From positions 3,990 through 67,989 of the forward strand of contig JASFHP010000002.1 of the NCBI GenBank assembly GCA_050123155.1: a DNA stretch of 64,000 nucleotides, in the 5' to 3' direction. A model generated the notes under the pieces. That model searched no databases. It was not told where the DNA came from and saw only the letters and a program-made list of their open reading frames with translations. How positions within the stretch are numbered: position 1 is the first letter of the stretch; each line of letters opens with the position of its first letter. This document shows, in pieces, positions 46,073-55,329 of the stretch. The position numbers were made by a program, and so were the translations under genes. The DNA is from Candidatus Bathyarchaeota archaeon. Lineage in GTDB: Archaea; Thermoproteota; Bathyarchaeia; Bathyarchaeales; Bathyarchaeaceae.

Positions 46073-47497
46073 ATGAGAAAAGTCTTTGCTCTTCTTGTGA
46101 TTATCCTGATACTTGTGTCTGCCACAGCGTTTGTTGTTCATTATAGCTTGTTTGACGAAAACAGAGAAACGAAGCCGTTCTATGTGGGAGTTACATACTG
46201 CGGAAACTCAACCGAAGAAGCAAAAGCGCTCATTGATAGAGTAAAAACTTACACTAACCTTTTCGTTTTACAGTCTGGTCCGTTACAAAGAAATCCGGAG
46301 GACATAAACGACATAGGAAATTACGCTGTTTCTTCCGACATGCATTTTGTTATTTATTTTGGAAGCGACAGCTATTGGTTAGTGAAAAATTGGCTAGACA
46401 CTTATGACAGTCAGTGGGGCGATTATTTTCTCGGGGTATATTTAGGTGATGAGTTAGCCGGAAAAATGATAGACTATGAGGCTTGGTTGTGGGACAGTGC
46501 CACCAATAGTTCATGGTTAAAATATCGCGATGGCTTAATTCAGCGAAGTATAGATGAAAATACAACCATTGGATATCGGCAGAACGGAAGAATTGAGTTA
46601 TGGATAGTCGAAACTTCGGGCTCTCCATACAACAATGAGGGGCTTCCTGACCCTTCTTTTCTCAATCATACCTATATAATGATTGATTATTATCCTAATG
46701 GCACAATTATAACAAAAATTTCTGATGATGCTAATCCTCTTCCTAAAATTGTGGAAGACTACAACCTTCCTTACACGTATGAAGAGCTTTTGGACATGTG
46801 TCCCTTCCGAACTTATGATGAAGTTGCAGAGGGATTCATTGAAGGTCTACATCAAGACTTGTTACGAATACCAATAAACGAAAAAATTTCTACTTTTACC
46901 GCTGATTATGCTCTTTACTGGTTTGACTATAAGGCGAGCTACGATGTTGTACTTGCCAGTTTAGGCTGGAACCACACCATAGAACAGGACATCGCCCTAG
47001 TGAGGGGAGCCGCAGAACTGCAAAACAAAACATGGGGAGCAATTATAACGTGGAAATACAATCATCCACCATACTTGGATAGCGGCGATGCAATCTTTGA
47101 TCAGATGCGCATGGCGTATGAGGCTGGAGCAGAGTACATTGTGGTTTTCAATTATGCTGAAGACATGGAAGGACCATACGGAACATTGCAGGACGAACAT
47201 TTTGATGCTTTGGAGCGCTTCTGGAACGAGGTTGTGCAGTCTTCTGCAGTAAAACATGGTTCAGTTAAAGCTGAAGCAGTTCTGGTTTTGCCTGAAAATT
47301 ATGGATGGGGCATGCGAAATCCCGAAGATAAAATCTGGAGCTTATGGGGACCTGACGACAAATCACAGCAAATATGGGAACTGTCACGCAGTCTTCTTGA
47401 CCAGTATGGGCTAGGCTTGGATATAGTCTACTACGACCCGGAGTTTCCGGTCGCAGAGAAGTATACACAAATTTACTACTGGAACCACACAGGCTGA
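46073..47497 (+). CDS. Secreted or anchored protein of unknown function
   Basis: N-terminal hydrophobic segment and a long uninterrupted ORF. I recognise no family. Confidence 0.5.
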   Translation: MRKVFALLVIILILVSATAFVVHYSLFDENRETKPFYVGVTYCGNSTEEAKALIDRVKTYTNLFVLQSGPLQRNPEDINDIGNYAVSSDMHFVIYFGSDSYWLVKNWLDTYDSQWGDYFLGVYLGDELAGKMIDYEAWLWDSATNSSWLKYRDGLIQRSIDENTTIGYRQNGRIELWIVETSGSPYNNEGLPDPSFLNHTYIMIDYYPNGTIITKISDDANPLPKIVEDYNLPYTYEELLDMCPFRTYDEVAEGFIEGLHQDLLRIPINEKISTFTADYALYWFDYKASYDVVLASLGWNHTIEQDIALVRGAAELQNKTWGAIITWKYNHPPYLDSGDAIFDQMRMAYEAGAEYIVVFNYAEDMEGPYGTLQDEHFDALERFWNEVVQSSAVKHGSVKAEAVLVLPENYGWGMRNPEDKIWSLWGPDDKSQQIWELSRSLLDQYGLGLDIVYYDPEFPVAEKYTQIYYWNHTG

Positions 47498-47568
47498 CCA
47501 GCTATAGCCTAACAAGTCAAAAAGTTTAACACTACCCTAAACTGTTCTTCTTTCTGAGACACAAAAAG

Positions 47569-47895
47569 TTGAGCGAACAAAAGACTATTCGCGTTAAAAG
47601 CTGGAAAGAGTTTAAGGAGTTAGCGCTCGAAAAGAAGCCCAAGAGTATCGTTTACGTTATCGCCCGGAGCGTCCCCGCCAGAAACCATACTGGACTAAAA
47701 CTCATCTTTCCCGTTGTGGGCGCCCAGTATATCTTTGTTGACTCGGCTGAAGGCGACAAGCTGAGAAGAACAGGAATCCCAGTTCGCACCGACAATAAGG
47801 GAAACCGCTTCCTCACAGACGAGGACGTGAAACGTTTCCTCAGAGCACAACTGGAGATAAGTGGTCTGCAAATCTTTTCATACTGGACAGCCTAA
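47569..47895 (+). CDS. Hypothetical protein
   Basis: TTG-initiated ORF with no competing ORF. No motif recognised. Confidence 0.35.
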   Translation: MSEQKTIRVKSWKEFKELALEKKPKSIVYVIARSVPARNHTGLKLIFPVVGAQYIFVDSAEGDKLRRTGIPVRTDNKGNRFLTDEDVKRFLRAQLEISGLQIFSYWTA

Positions 47896-48013
47896 ACAGA
47901 ACTCAAAAGAAAAAAATGAAAACAAAAAAAGGATGGGGTTGCCGGGTCGGATTTAAGACCCGACGCTGCACCTGACTGTTCTATGTTTTTCGGTTTTTGG
48001 GTTGGAATCAAGG

Positions 48014-48274
48014 TTACGGCGTGAACATTGACAGCATGGTTTCGGTGTGAACCACACTGGGGTGCTGCTCAATCATTTCGTAGATAATCTTTGTCAGCTC
48101 CTCGGAACTGTTTGCCTCTATCACTGCAATGGCGTCGAATCTTCCCAGAACCGAGTTAGCCATCGTCACGCCCTTTATCTTCCTTGACTGCACGATCTCC
48201 TCTGACGTTCCAGGTCTCATAGTCAAGAGTACGAAGGCTCTTATCTTTTTGCTACGGAGATCCTTTGAAGACAA
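48014..48274 (-). CDS. Stand-alone Lrp/AsnC-type RAM (ligand-binding) domain protein
   Basis: The beta-alpha-beta-beta-alpha-beta pattern (AFVLLTMRPGTSEEIV...GRFDAIAVIEANSSEEL...VVHTETML) parallels the C-terminal half of the Lrp at 50182-50652. Confidence 0.7.
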   Translation of the reverse strand: MSSKDLRSKKIRAFVLLTMRPGTSEEIVQSRKIKGVTMANSVLGRFDAIAVIEANSSEELTKIIYEMIEQHPSVVHTETMLSMFTP

Positions 48275-48292
48275 CGTTTTTCTCTCCCTCTT

Positions 48293-48523
48293 TTAGAACA
48301 GCGTGATCGCCGTCTCGGTGTGGACGATGTTTGGGTCTTTCTCGATTACTTTGTATACGAATTCGTTGAGTGTTTCTAGGTCTGGAGCTTCCAAGACAAC
48401 TATGACGTCGTGCCGTCCGTAAACGGAGTCAGCATGTAGAACATTTTGGAACCGCATTTTGATGGCTTTGACTACGTCTTCGGATGTTCCAGGTCGGGTT
48501 TCAATTAGTAGATATGCTTTCAT
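48293..48523 (-). CDS. Stand-alone Lrp/AsnC-type RAM domain protein
   Basis: KAYLLIETRPGTSEDVV...GRHDVIVVLEAPDLETL...IVHTETAI. It lies 33 nt downstream of glnA on the same strand. Confidence 0.75.
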   Translation of the reverse strand: MKAYLLIETRPGTSEDVVKAIKMRFQNVLHADSVYGRHDVIVVLEAPDLETLNEFVYKVIEKDPNIVHTETAITLF

Positions 48524-48556
48524 GCTTATTCACCTCTCTCTCCATTACTTTATTTT

Positions 48557-50014
48557 CTAATAGTCCAAGTATTTCATTATTTCCCACGGAGTGACATAGA
48601 GGCAGTACTGGTTCCAGTCGTTGGTCTTGTATTCTATGAAGGCATCGAATATGTGGCTTCCAAGAGCCTTATGGACTACCTCGTCGCTCTTCATCGCTTC
48701 CAAAGCATCCTTCAGTGTTGTCGGCAACTCTTTAATGCCAAGAGCGCGTCTCCGTTCAGGGCTCAGCTCATAAACGTCCTCGTCTACTGGGTCGCCGGGG
48801 TCAATCTTCTTCTTTATGCCGTCAAGTCCAGCCATCAGTATACACGACAAGGCTAGGTATGAGTTGCATGATGGATCAGCGGCACGTAATTCAGCGCGTT
48901 TGGCTGCAGCGTGCGCGGGGCCTTTGAAGTATACCGGAACACGTACCATAGCTGACCTGTTGCGTCGTGACCACATTATGTAAATGGGAGCCTCGAAACC
49001 TGGCACAAGTCGCTTGTAAGAGTTTACTGTTGGGCAATTCACGGCGGTTATGGCTCTGGCGTGCTCTAGTAAGCCTCCGATGAAGTATCTGCCTGTTTGG
49101 CTGAGCTCAGCGTACTTGTCTTTTTCGTCATACATCACGTTCTTTTTGCCCTTCCACAGAGATGCGTGAACGTGCATGCCACTGGCGTTGTCAAGGTAAA
49201 CTGGTTTAGGCATGAAAGTGGCGATTAACCCATGCTTCTTTGCCACGTTTTTGGCGACAAACTTGTAGAACATTGTCCTGTCAGCGGTTTTCACCAGCTC
49301 TCCATACTTGAAGTCTATCTCTATCTGTCCTGCCGTGGCAACCTCGTGGTGGTGCATCTCGATTTCTGTGTCAAAGTTTTCTTCCAACAGTGAGGCAACC
49401 TCGTTTCGATACTCAACGGTTGTGTCCTCTGGCGGGGGTCTGAAGTATGCCTCTTTTGGTCTTAGTGTGTGGCTTCCCGGGGTGGTTTCTGGGGATTTAG
49501 GTACAACTCTTGGTGCGCCCCACGAGTCTCCGGCGCCGCCTTTTGGGCTGACCCACATGTCCCAGACAAGGTTTGTGGGGTCTATGGAACTGAAGACGAA
49601 GTATTCCAGTTCTGGACCGAAGAAGCCAGTGTAGCCCATGTCTTTCGCTGCTTGGACTGCCTTTCTGGCTACGTATCCTCTTGGGTCTACGTTTGATGGT
49701 TCTGTGCCTCCGAATGCTTCGTAGATGTCGCCTAGGATTATGGCGCTCTTCTGTTGCTCGTCGGTTGTCCATGGGATGATGGCTAATGTTTCTGGGTCGG
49801 GTTTGAGAATCATGTCGGATTCGTGTATGGTTTTGAAGCCTCGTACAGATGAGCCGTCGAAGCCGATGCCTGCGGTTAGGGCTTGTCCCTCCGTGTAGTG
49901 TTTTGCGGGTATCACTACGTCCTGCATTAGACCTCGCATGTCTACGAAGGCTGTGTGTACCCATCGGATTTTGTTTTTCTTTAATGTTTCTTTGGCTGTG
50001 TTAATGGCCTCCAT
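48557..50014 (-). CDS. glnA: Glutamine synthetase type I
   Basis: FMPKPVYLDNASGMHVHASLW and other GS signature blocks. I prefer the start at 50014 (GGTGA RBS; matches the KaiC-like leader geometry). An alternative ATG lies at 50026. Confidence 0.93.
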   Translation of the reverse strand: MEAINTAKETLKKNKIRWVHTAFVDMRGLMQDVVIPAKHYTEGQALTAGIGFDGSSVRGFKTIHESDMILKPDPETLAIIPWTTDEQQKSAIILGDIYEAFGGTEPSNVDPRGYVARKAVQAAKDMGYTGFFGPELEYFVFSSIDPTNLVWDMWVSPKGGAGDSWGAPRVVPKSPETTPGSHTLRPKEAYFRPPPEDTTVEYRNEVASLLEENFDTEIEMHHHEVATAGQIEIDFKYGELVKTADRTMFYKFVAKNVAKKHGLIATFMPKPVYLDNASGMHVHASLWKGKKNVMYDEKDKYAELSQTGRYFIGGLLEHARAITAVNCPTVNSYKRLVPGFEAPIYIMWSRRNRSAMVRVPVYFKGPAHAAAKRAELRAADPSCNSYLALSCILMAGLDGIKKKIDPGDPVDEDVYELSPERRRALGIKELPTTLKDALEAMKSDEVVHKALGSHIFDAFIEYKTNDWNQYCLYVTPWEIMKYLDY

Positions 50015-50022
50015 GTTATTCA

Positions 50023-50068
50023 CCATTCATTCAGCTGAATGTGAAATTATTACATGTTTGTATATAAA
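50023..50068 (-). promoter_or_regulatory. glnA core promoter/leader module TTTATATACAAACA-N21-TGAATGAATGG, overlapping the palindrome CATTCAGCTGAATG (50028-50041)
   Basis: Read on the minus strand. It has the same architecture as 33109-33152. Confidence 0.6.
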
Positions 50069-50099
50069 TGTTTCTGATAAACTGAAGGAAAACTTATAT

Positions 50100-50122
50100 A
50101 CTTGTTCCGTTAATGAACAAGT
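50100..50122. promoter_or_regulatory. Inverted repeat ACTTGTTC-N7-GAACAAGT in the glnA-lrp divergent region
   Basis: Perfect 8-bp arms, adjacent to the TATA-like CTTATATA at 50093-50100. Confidence 0.35.
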
Positions 50123-50152
50123 GTTCACGGCAAAACGAAAAACAAATTTGTC

Positions 50153-50168
50153 GAATGATTAATCATTC
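50153..50168. promoter_or_regulatory. Perfect 16-nt palindrome GAATGATTAATCATTC, 14 nt upstream of the lrp start codon
   Basis: Read directly from the sequence. It shares the GAATG half-site with the glnA and KaiC-like/amt elements. Confidence 0.5.
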
Positions 50169-50181
50169 AATCAAGGAGGAA

Positions 50182-50652
50182 ATGAAACTGAGTAATGGCT
50201 CATCTCATAAAGTTGATGACGTTGACCGAAAAATCATCCGTTTACTGCAAGAGGATGCCAGAAAAAGCTTCAACAAGATAGCTGAAAGTCTCGGTATAGC
50301 TGTTGGAACAGCCTACAACCGAGTGAAGAATCTGGAGGATAACGGCATCCTGAAAGGCTACACGATAATGTTGGATTCGGCTAAGCTCGGTTATGGCTTG
50401 ACGGCTCTCATACTTATTGAGGCGGAGGGGCGGTATCTGCCCGAGGTGGAGAAGGAACTTGCCAAGCTGGACGAGGTTATATGCATCTATGACATCACCG
50501 GAGACTATGACATAGCGGTGGTTGCTCGATTCAAAAACAGGAGTACACTAAACAACTTCATCAAATCGACACTGAAGATGCCCCACGTAAGCAGAACAGT
50601 CACAAACGTTGTACTCAACGTCGTCAAAGAAGACTTCAGAGTAAAAGTATAA
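50182..50652 (+). CDS. lrp: Lrp/AsnC-family transcriptional regulator (HTH + RAM domain)
   Basis: DDVDRKIIRLLQEDARKSFNKIAESLGIAVGTAYNRVKNLEDNGIL HTH region followed by a RAM domain. AGGAGG just upstream of the ATG at 50182. Confidence 0.85.
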   Translation: MKLSNGSSHKVDDVDRKIIRLLQEDARKSFNKIAESLGIAVGTAYNRVKNLEDNGILKGYTIMLDSAKLGYGLTALILIEAEGRYLPEVEKELAKLDEVICIYDITGDYDIAVVARFKNRSTLNNFIKSTLKMPHVSRTVTNVVLNVVKEDFRVKV

Positions 50653-51033
50653 ACCACAAAGGCTCAAGCAATCTCAAGACCTAACTCGATTGTTCCCAAC
50701 ATTCTTCTTACCTAACTACATTTTTCCATTCTTCATCCAAAAGGTTGGGTTAGCTCGAATTAGGGTTAAAATTTGACCTTTCTCTCTCGTTCTCTTCTCT
50801 ACTGTTCTGTGTGCTCTCTACACTCCACTCTCCCAGATTGGGAGGTAAGTTAATTTTTTAACTCCAAATCCAACAGTTAACTAATAGAATAACTTTAAAA
50901 ACAAAATGGGGGTATAGCTCTTTGCTATGAGTTTGTGGGGTCTCTGGCAACTAGCTCATGCATGCGAGTGCTGACCGATCAGTTGTCAAAGGCAACCAAG
51001 ACTCAACAAAAAAAATAAGAAGGAAATGAAAAA

Positions 51034-53679
51034 ATGAAGAATAAACTATCTATTGCAATTACGATGTTGATTACGCTTTTACTGGCAAGTTCAACTTTTG
51101 TGTCTATTGCCTTCTGTCCTTATCCACCATCAGGAACCGAAATCCCAACATACAGCAACATCACTGTTGGCCCTAACCCTGTTGGCATCAACCAGGAAGT
51201 TACCATCAACTTATTCAATGCCGTACCCACAATCACCAGCGAACCCTACTATGGTCTAACAGTTGAAGTAACCGATCCTAGCGGACACACCACCACACTG
51301 GGACCCTTTGACAGCGACACCACCGGAGGTACTTTCACTACCTTTACTCCTGACCAAGTTGGTATTTGGGAATTCCAAATGTTCTCTCCAGGTCAAACAC
51401 TATCTAGGGGTTACATCCAATTACCTGGCGAAAGCAAGGTTTTTGAACTAAAAGTACAGGAAGACCCAGTAGGACGAGAAAGCTATCCATCTCCCCCGGG
51501 TCCAGAACACTATTGGGAGACTCCAGTTAATGCAATGAATGCTGAAAAATGGTATGACCACATGGGAGAATGGTGGGGTCTTAGCGGCATAACCTTTGAA
51601 CAAACTGGCTCAAACTATAATAACGGAAACTATAATCCATACACTGACTCGGTTTATTCTGGTCACGTTCTCTGGACAAAACCATGGGGTGCAGGCGGTG
51701 TAGCTGGTGGCGAATCAGGTATTGATCAAGTTACAGGACACTTCTGGACCACTAGGCAGTACCAACCACAATACGCACCGATAATACTGGAGGGCGTAAT
51801 GTATTCAGTTCTGTGGACAACATCACAGAGTAGTGCAGCACATAACGGCATTATCGCAACAGACCTGTTCAGTGGAGAAACGCTCTGGACAATAGAAGAC
51901 ACCCAAGAAACGTTGAGAGTAGGCTGGTCGCCTACTTGGCACAACCTTAACGAATACGGAACATTAGGTCCCTACCTCATAACCACAGGTTCACACCCAG
52001 GAGTTACATCTAGTGGAACAACATACAACATTTACGACGCCACCACTGGCAAATACATGGCAAGCATCGTTAACGGAGAGAGCATGACCCTCATTATAGA
52101 CGATGACCGAGACTTGGTTGGCTTCTATCAAGAAGTCAGTGGTAGTGACCGCTATCTGATCCGTTGGGACATGACCGAATGTGTCGGAATGACAACGAAT
52201 GGCGAACCTGGTTTCGGATGGGGTCTGAACCAGGACGCAACATACCAGTTCGACAACGGAATAGTGTTCTCTGAACCAATGATGGCTTTCGCCGATATGG
52301 ATGGAGTAACCGATCCTTCACAACTTTCAGGAGGCGGCTTCATGGGACAGTCATTCAGAATCAGTGGAGTAACTAACGATGAAGTAGTGTTCACAGGCGG
52401 TTACACTTTGGGACAAGGAGTCGGCGGAGAAACAAACGGATGGCTAACTGTAGCAACCATGGACAAAAACACTGGAGCTCAGTTGTGGGGTAAAAACCTC
52501 ACATACGCAGAATCTCCAACGTTCTTGCCATTCACAAGAACTGAAATGGGCATGCAAGACGGACTGTGGATTAACGCCAACATGGAGAACTTTATAGTTG
52601 AAGCTTGGGATACAAGAACAGGAGAAAAAGCATGGACATCAGAACTAACAGGTGATAACGGTGCCGAGCCACATTACTTCGACGCATTTAACCTCCGCTG
52701 GTCGCCTGGACCCGAAGGTGCATCATTCTTCAGAGGCTATGGGGGCGACATATGGTGCATCGAACATGCGGACGGAAACGTACGATGGTATACTAACACA
52801 ACTAAACTCGTTGGCCCACCAGGAGCTGACAGCCCCTACAATGTTTGGCTACTATGGGTTTTCGAGTGTGACTGTATAACCAACAACGTAGCATACTTCC
52901 CCATCGGTCACGAATATAACCCACCACTGTTCCCTGGAGCACAAATGTGTGCAGTAAACATCACTGATGGCTCTCTAGTGTGGTCCGAATTGGGAATGTA
53001 CATTAGATCCACATCGTGTGCATACGACATTCTGTTATCGCTGAATGCGTACGACAACCAGATATACGCTTGGGGCAAAGGCCCAAGTGCAACTTCAGTC
53101 GCAGCATCACCAAAAGTTACAGTACACGGAAACAGCGTAATAATTGAAGGCTCAGTCACTGACATTTCTGCAGGCACAAACCGGGACGATGTTGCAGCAA
53201 ACTTCCCGAATGGTGTTCCATGCGTTTCTGATGAGAGTATGAGCGATTGGATGGAATACGTCTATATGCAGCAGGCAAAGCCTGAAGATGTTGAAGGCGT
53301 CAAAGTATTCGTGAAAATACAAGATCCTAATGGCGACTGGTACTCAGCCACTGTCACAACGGATGAAAATGGTGTGTTCAGTCACATGTGGGCTCCCGCC
53401 ATTGTCGGCGAGTACAAGGTTACTGCGATGTTCGAAGGCTCCAACTCCTATTGGCCTTCAGAGGCATCAACCGCTTTCGGTGTAGACGAAGCGCCAGCAG
53501 CAGAAGACGTTCCCAGTGCAGCAGAGATTGCTGAGACAACAGTAAACCAGATGCCAGCGTACCCAACAATTCCAGAAATACCCGCATACCTGACAATAGA
53601 CCTAGTCATACTGATAATCGCTGTCGTCGTTTTGGTCATCGGCTTACTGGCTTACATGGCACTCAGAAAACAGAAATAA
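51034..53679 (+). CDS. Secreted PQQ-like beta-propeller repeat protein with an Ig/CarboxypepD_reg-like domain and a PEF-CTERM-like anchor
   Basis: Signal peptide. Repeated G-x-x-x-W motifs (GETLWT, GAQLWG, GEKAWT, GNVRWY, GSLVWS). The tail is TIPEIPAYL + TM + LRKQK. Confidence 0.75.
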   Translation: MKNKLSIAITMLITLLLASSTFVSIAFCPYPPSGTEIPTYSNITVGPNPVGINQEVTINLFNAVPTITSEPYYGLTVEVTDPSGHTTTLGPFDSDTTGGTFTTFTPDQVGIWEFQMFSPGQTLSRGYIQLPGESKVFELKVQEDPVGRESYPSPPGPEHYWETPVNAMNAEKWYDHMGEWWGLSGITFEQTGSNYNNGNYNPYTDSVYSGHVLWTKPWGAGGVAGGESGIDQVTGHFWTTRQYQPQYAPIILEGVMYSVLWTTSQSSAAHNGIIATDLFSGETLWTIEDTQETLRVGWSPTWHNLNEYGTLGPYLITTGSHPGVTSSGTTYNIYDATTGKYMASIVNGESMTLIIDDDRDLVGFYQEVSGSDRYLIRWDMTECVGMTTNGEPGFGWGLNQDATYQFDNGIVFSEPMMAFADMDGVTDPSQLSGGGFMGQSFRISGVTNDEVVFTGGYTLGQGVGGETNGWLTVATMDKNTGAQLWGKNLTYAESPTFLPFTRTEMGMQDGLWINANMENFIVEAWDTRTGEKAWTSELTGDNGAEPHYFDAFNLRWSPGPEGASFFRGYGGDIWCIEHADGNVRWYTNTTKLVGPPGADSPYNVWLLWVFECDCITNNVAYFPIGHEYNPPLFPGAQMCAVNITDGSLVWSELGMYIRSTSCAYDILLSLNAYDNQIYAWGKGPSATSVAASPKVTVHGNSVIIEGSVTDISAGTNRDDVAANFPNGVPCVSDESMSDWMEYVYMQQAKPEDVEGVKVFVKIQDPNGDWYSATVTTDENGVFSHMWAPAIVGEYKVTAMFEGSNSYWPSEASTAFGVDEAPAAEDVPSAAEIAETTVNQMPAYPTIPEIPAYLTIDLVILIIAVVVLVIGLLAYMALRKQK

Positions 53680-53684
53680 CCCAA

Positions 53685-53705
53685 TTTTTTTCCTTCCCCT
53701 TTTTT
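53685..53705 (+). terminator. Oligo-T/pyrimidine tract terminator candidate
   Basis: TTTTTTTCCTTCCCCTTTTTT immediately follows the stop codon at 53679. Confidence 0.4.
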
Positions 53706-53951
53706 ATTGTGGGAGTAAAGCATCAGAAGAAAATGGGGCTGAAAAGACTCAGACACGTGACAGAGTTGAAGCAATAGTAATAGATTAGGAGCTAAATTTT
53801 AACTCAACCAACAAATTGCTAAGCTGACGCTGTGAAAAAAGAATTCAATACCTAACAAAGCGCTGCACCCAACCAATATGCCGCGCAATCTTGGAAACTC
53901 ATAAAAATTTTTATGCATATCAGGTCATAGGCTCCTGACAGTGAATGCATT

Positions 53952-54566
53952 ATGAATCCAGTAGTTGAAGCAATAAACAGCAGACGGTCCACCCGAGCTT
54001 ATGAGCAAAAACCAATTCCGGAGGACATCCTCAACGCAATCATTGAGGCCGGCAATCAGGCGCCTTTCACGTCGATGACCCATGCTCAGCCTTGGCGGTT
54101 TGTTGTTGTCCAAGACACAGAATTCAAGAAAAAGCTCCTTCAAACTGCATTTCCGTTCTGGAAGAACGCCATCAATGACCTGAAAGAAAAAGCCCCTCCA
54201 TTGTATGAACTGGCTATGAGCCTCTACAATGTGTTGGATGAACCCAAAGACGTAGTTTACTATGAGGCGCCTGCAATCGTTTTTGTTATAGGTCCCAAAA
54301 CTGGGGGTGCGGTAAGTTGTGCGCTTGCATGCGAAAACATGATGATTGCCGCGCAGTCTTTTGGTCTTGGAAGCTGCTATGTAGGTTTCGGTGCACTGGT
54401 CAGAGGCAACCCCGAAGTCGTACAAGCCCTTGAACTAAAAGATGACGAAGCAATATACGGACCCATATTGCTAGGATACCCACTAGCCAACCCCAGTGAA
54501 GACTTAGCTAAAGCATTAGCCACTCTCTTACCGAACAAAAAAGAACCTGTGACCAAATGGATCTAG
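53952..54566 (+). CDS. Nitroreductase-family FMN oxidoreductase
   Basis: The INSRRSTRAY N-terminal motif and a ~200-aa size. Confidence 0.8.
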   Translation: MNPVVEAINSRRSTRAYEQKPIPEDILNAIIEAGNQAPFTSMTHAQPWRFVVVQDTEFKKKLLQTAFPFWKNAINDLKEKAPPLYELAMSLYNVLDEPKDVVYYEAPAIVFVIGPKTGGAVSCALACENMMIAAQSFGLGSCYVGFGALVRGNPEVVQALELKDDEAIYGPILLGYPLANPSEDLAKALATLLPNKKEPVTKWI

Positions 54567-54856
54567 AAGTCAACTAACTTGCAGACGGATAGAGTCGCTA
54601 TCCGCTGGAGCATATTTAGAGGATATAGTCGAAACAGGACAACCTTGAGGGTATCAAAATTAATCGAGTGGTGAATGAGTGTGGTTTGTACCCATTGTGC
54701 TGATTGCAGTTGGAGCTCCTAGAAAACAGTTCTTTAATACCTTCATCATCACATCTAGTGTATTGTCGTTTATTTTTTTCCTTGTCTATAATTTCTGCCA
54801 GTTTGTTTCTCAAATCTTTAGTACAACTTGTAGTCAATTAGACTCTAGTTAAAGAG

Positions 54857-55009
54857 ATGGAAAATATGGGTAGAACAGAACGATGCCCTCGATGTGGAAG
54901 TAAGAAGATCAAGATAACAGCAAATCAAAAGGAATGTAAAGTTTGCAAAAATACTTGGGCAGGAAAATTTGGAGGGAAAACATCTAAGAAAGAGAAAGTT
55001 CGATTTTGA
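54857..55009 (+). CDS. Small zinc-ribbon protein (50 aa; below the ORF-track cutoff)
   Basis: CPRCGS-x14-CKVC with a Lys-rich tail. My own translation of 54857-55009. Confidence 0.4.
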   Translation: MENMGRTERCPRCGSKKIKITANQKECKVCKNTWAGKFGGKTSKKEKVRF

Positions 55010-55092
55010 AGAGAGCTGAAACTACACCCATTACCGCATACTTTTTGTGTGCGCTCGAGAAAATCAAAAAAGGGGTTTTTGGAGGCTAATTT

Positions 55093-55329
55093 TTAACAAC
55101 ACTTGACGCAAATTGCTGTCTGTGTTAGGGCAACTCCGTCTACACCATCTATGCCTCTCGCAACCATCTCGCCAACTTCATTAACGTCTTTCACTTCAAA
55201 TGTTGCTACTATATCAAAAGTGCCTGTAATTACACAAGCCGTTTTGATGCCCTTTATCTTGCATACTTTTGTAACAACATCCAAAGTTCTACCCTTCTCA
55301 GTGTTTATGAACACATATCCAGAAATCAA
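55093..55329 (-). CDS. Stand-alone RAM/ACT-like domain protein (third copy in the window)
   Basis: GYVFINTEKGRTLDVV...TGTFDIVATFEVKDVNEV...ALTQTAI follows the same pattern as 48293-48523. Confidence 0.6.
   Translation of the reverse strand: MISGYVFINTEKGRTLDVVTKVCKIKGIKTACVITGTFDIVATFEVKDVNEVGEMVARGIDGVDGVALTQTAICVKCC

Noticed and set aside
47941-47964. Hairpin CGGGTC-N8-GACCCG between convergent genes, considered as a structured RNA
   Set aside because: It is a short 6-bp stem with no flanking conserved features. At most it is a terminator-like element, and it is not worth a feature call.
50908-50995. tRNA-like start GGGGGTATAGCTC in the long intergenic region upstream of the PQQ-propeller gene
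   Set aside because: The downstream sequence cannot be folded into a cloverleaf. There is no D-loop AGCTCAGTTGG-type continuation, no GTTCRAATC T-loop and no complementary acceptor 3' strand. It is probably a chance resemblance.
54616-54837. 73-aa minus-strand ORF (TTG start) between the nitroreductase gene and the small zinc-ribbon gene
   Set aside because: No RBS, no motif and an odd composition. There is insufficient support to call it a gene.
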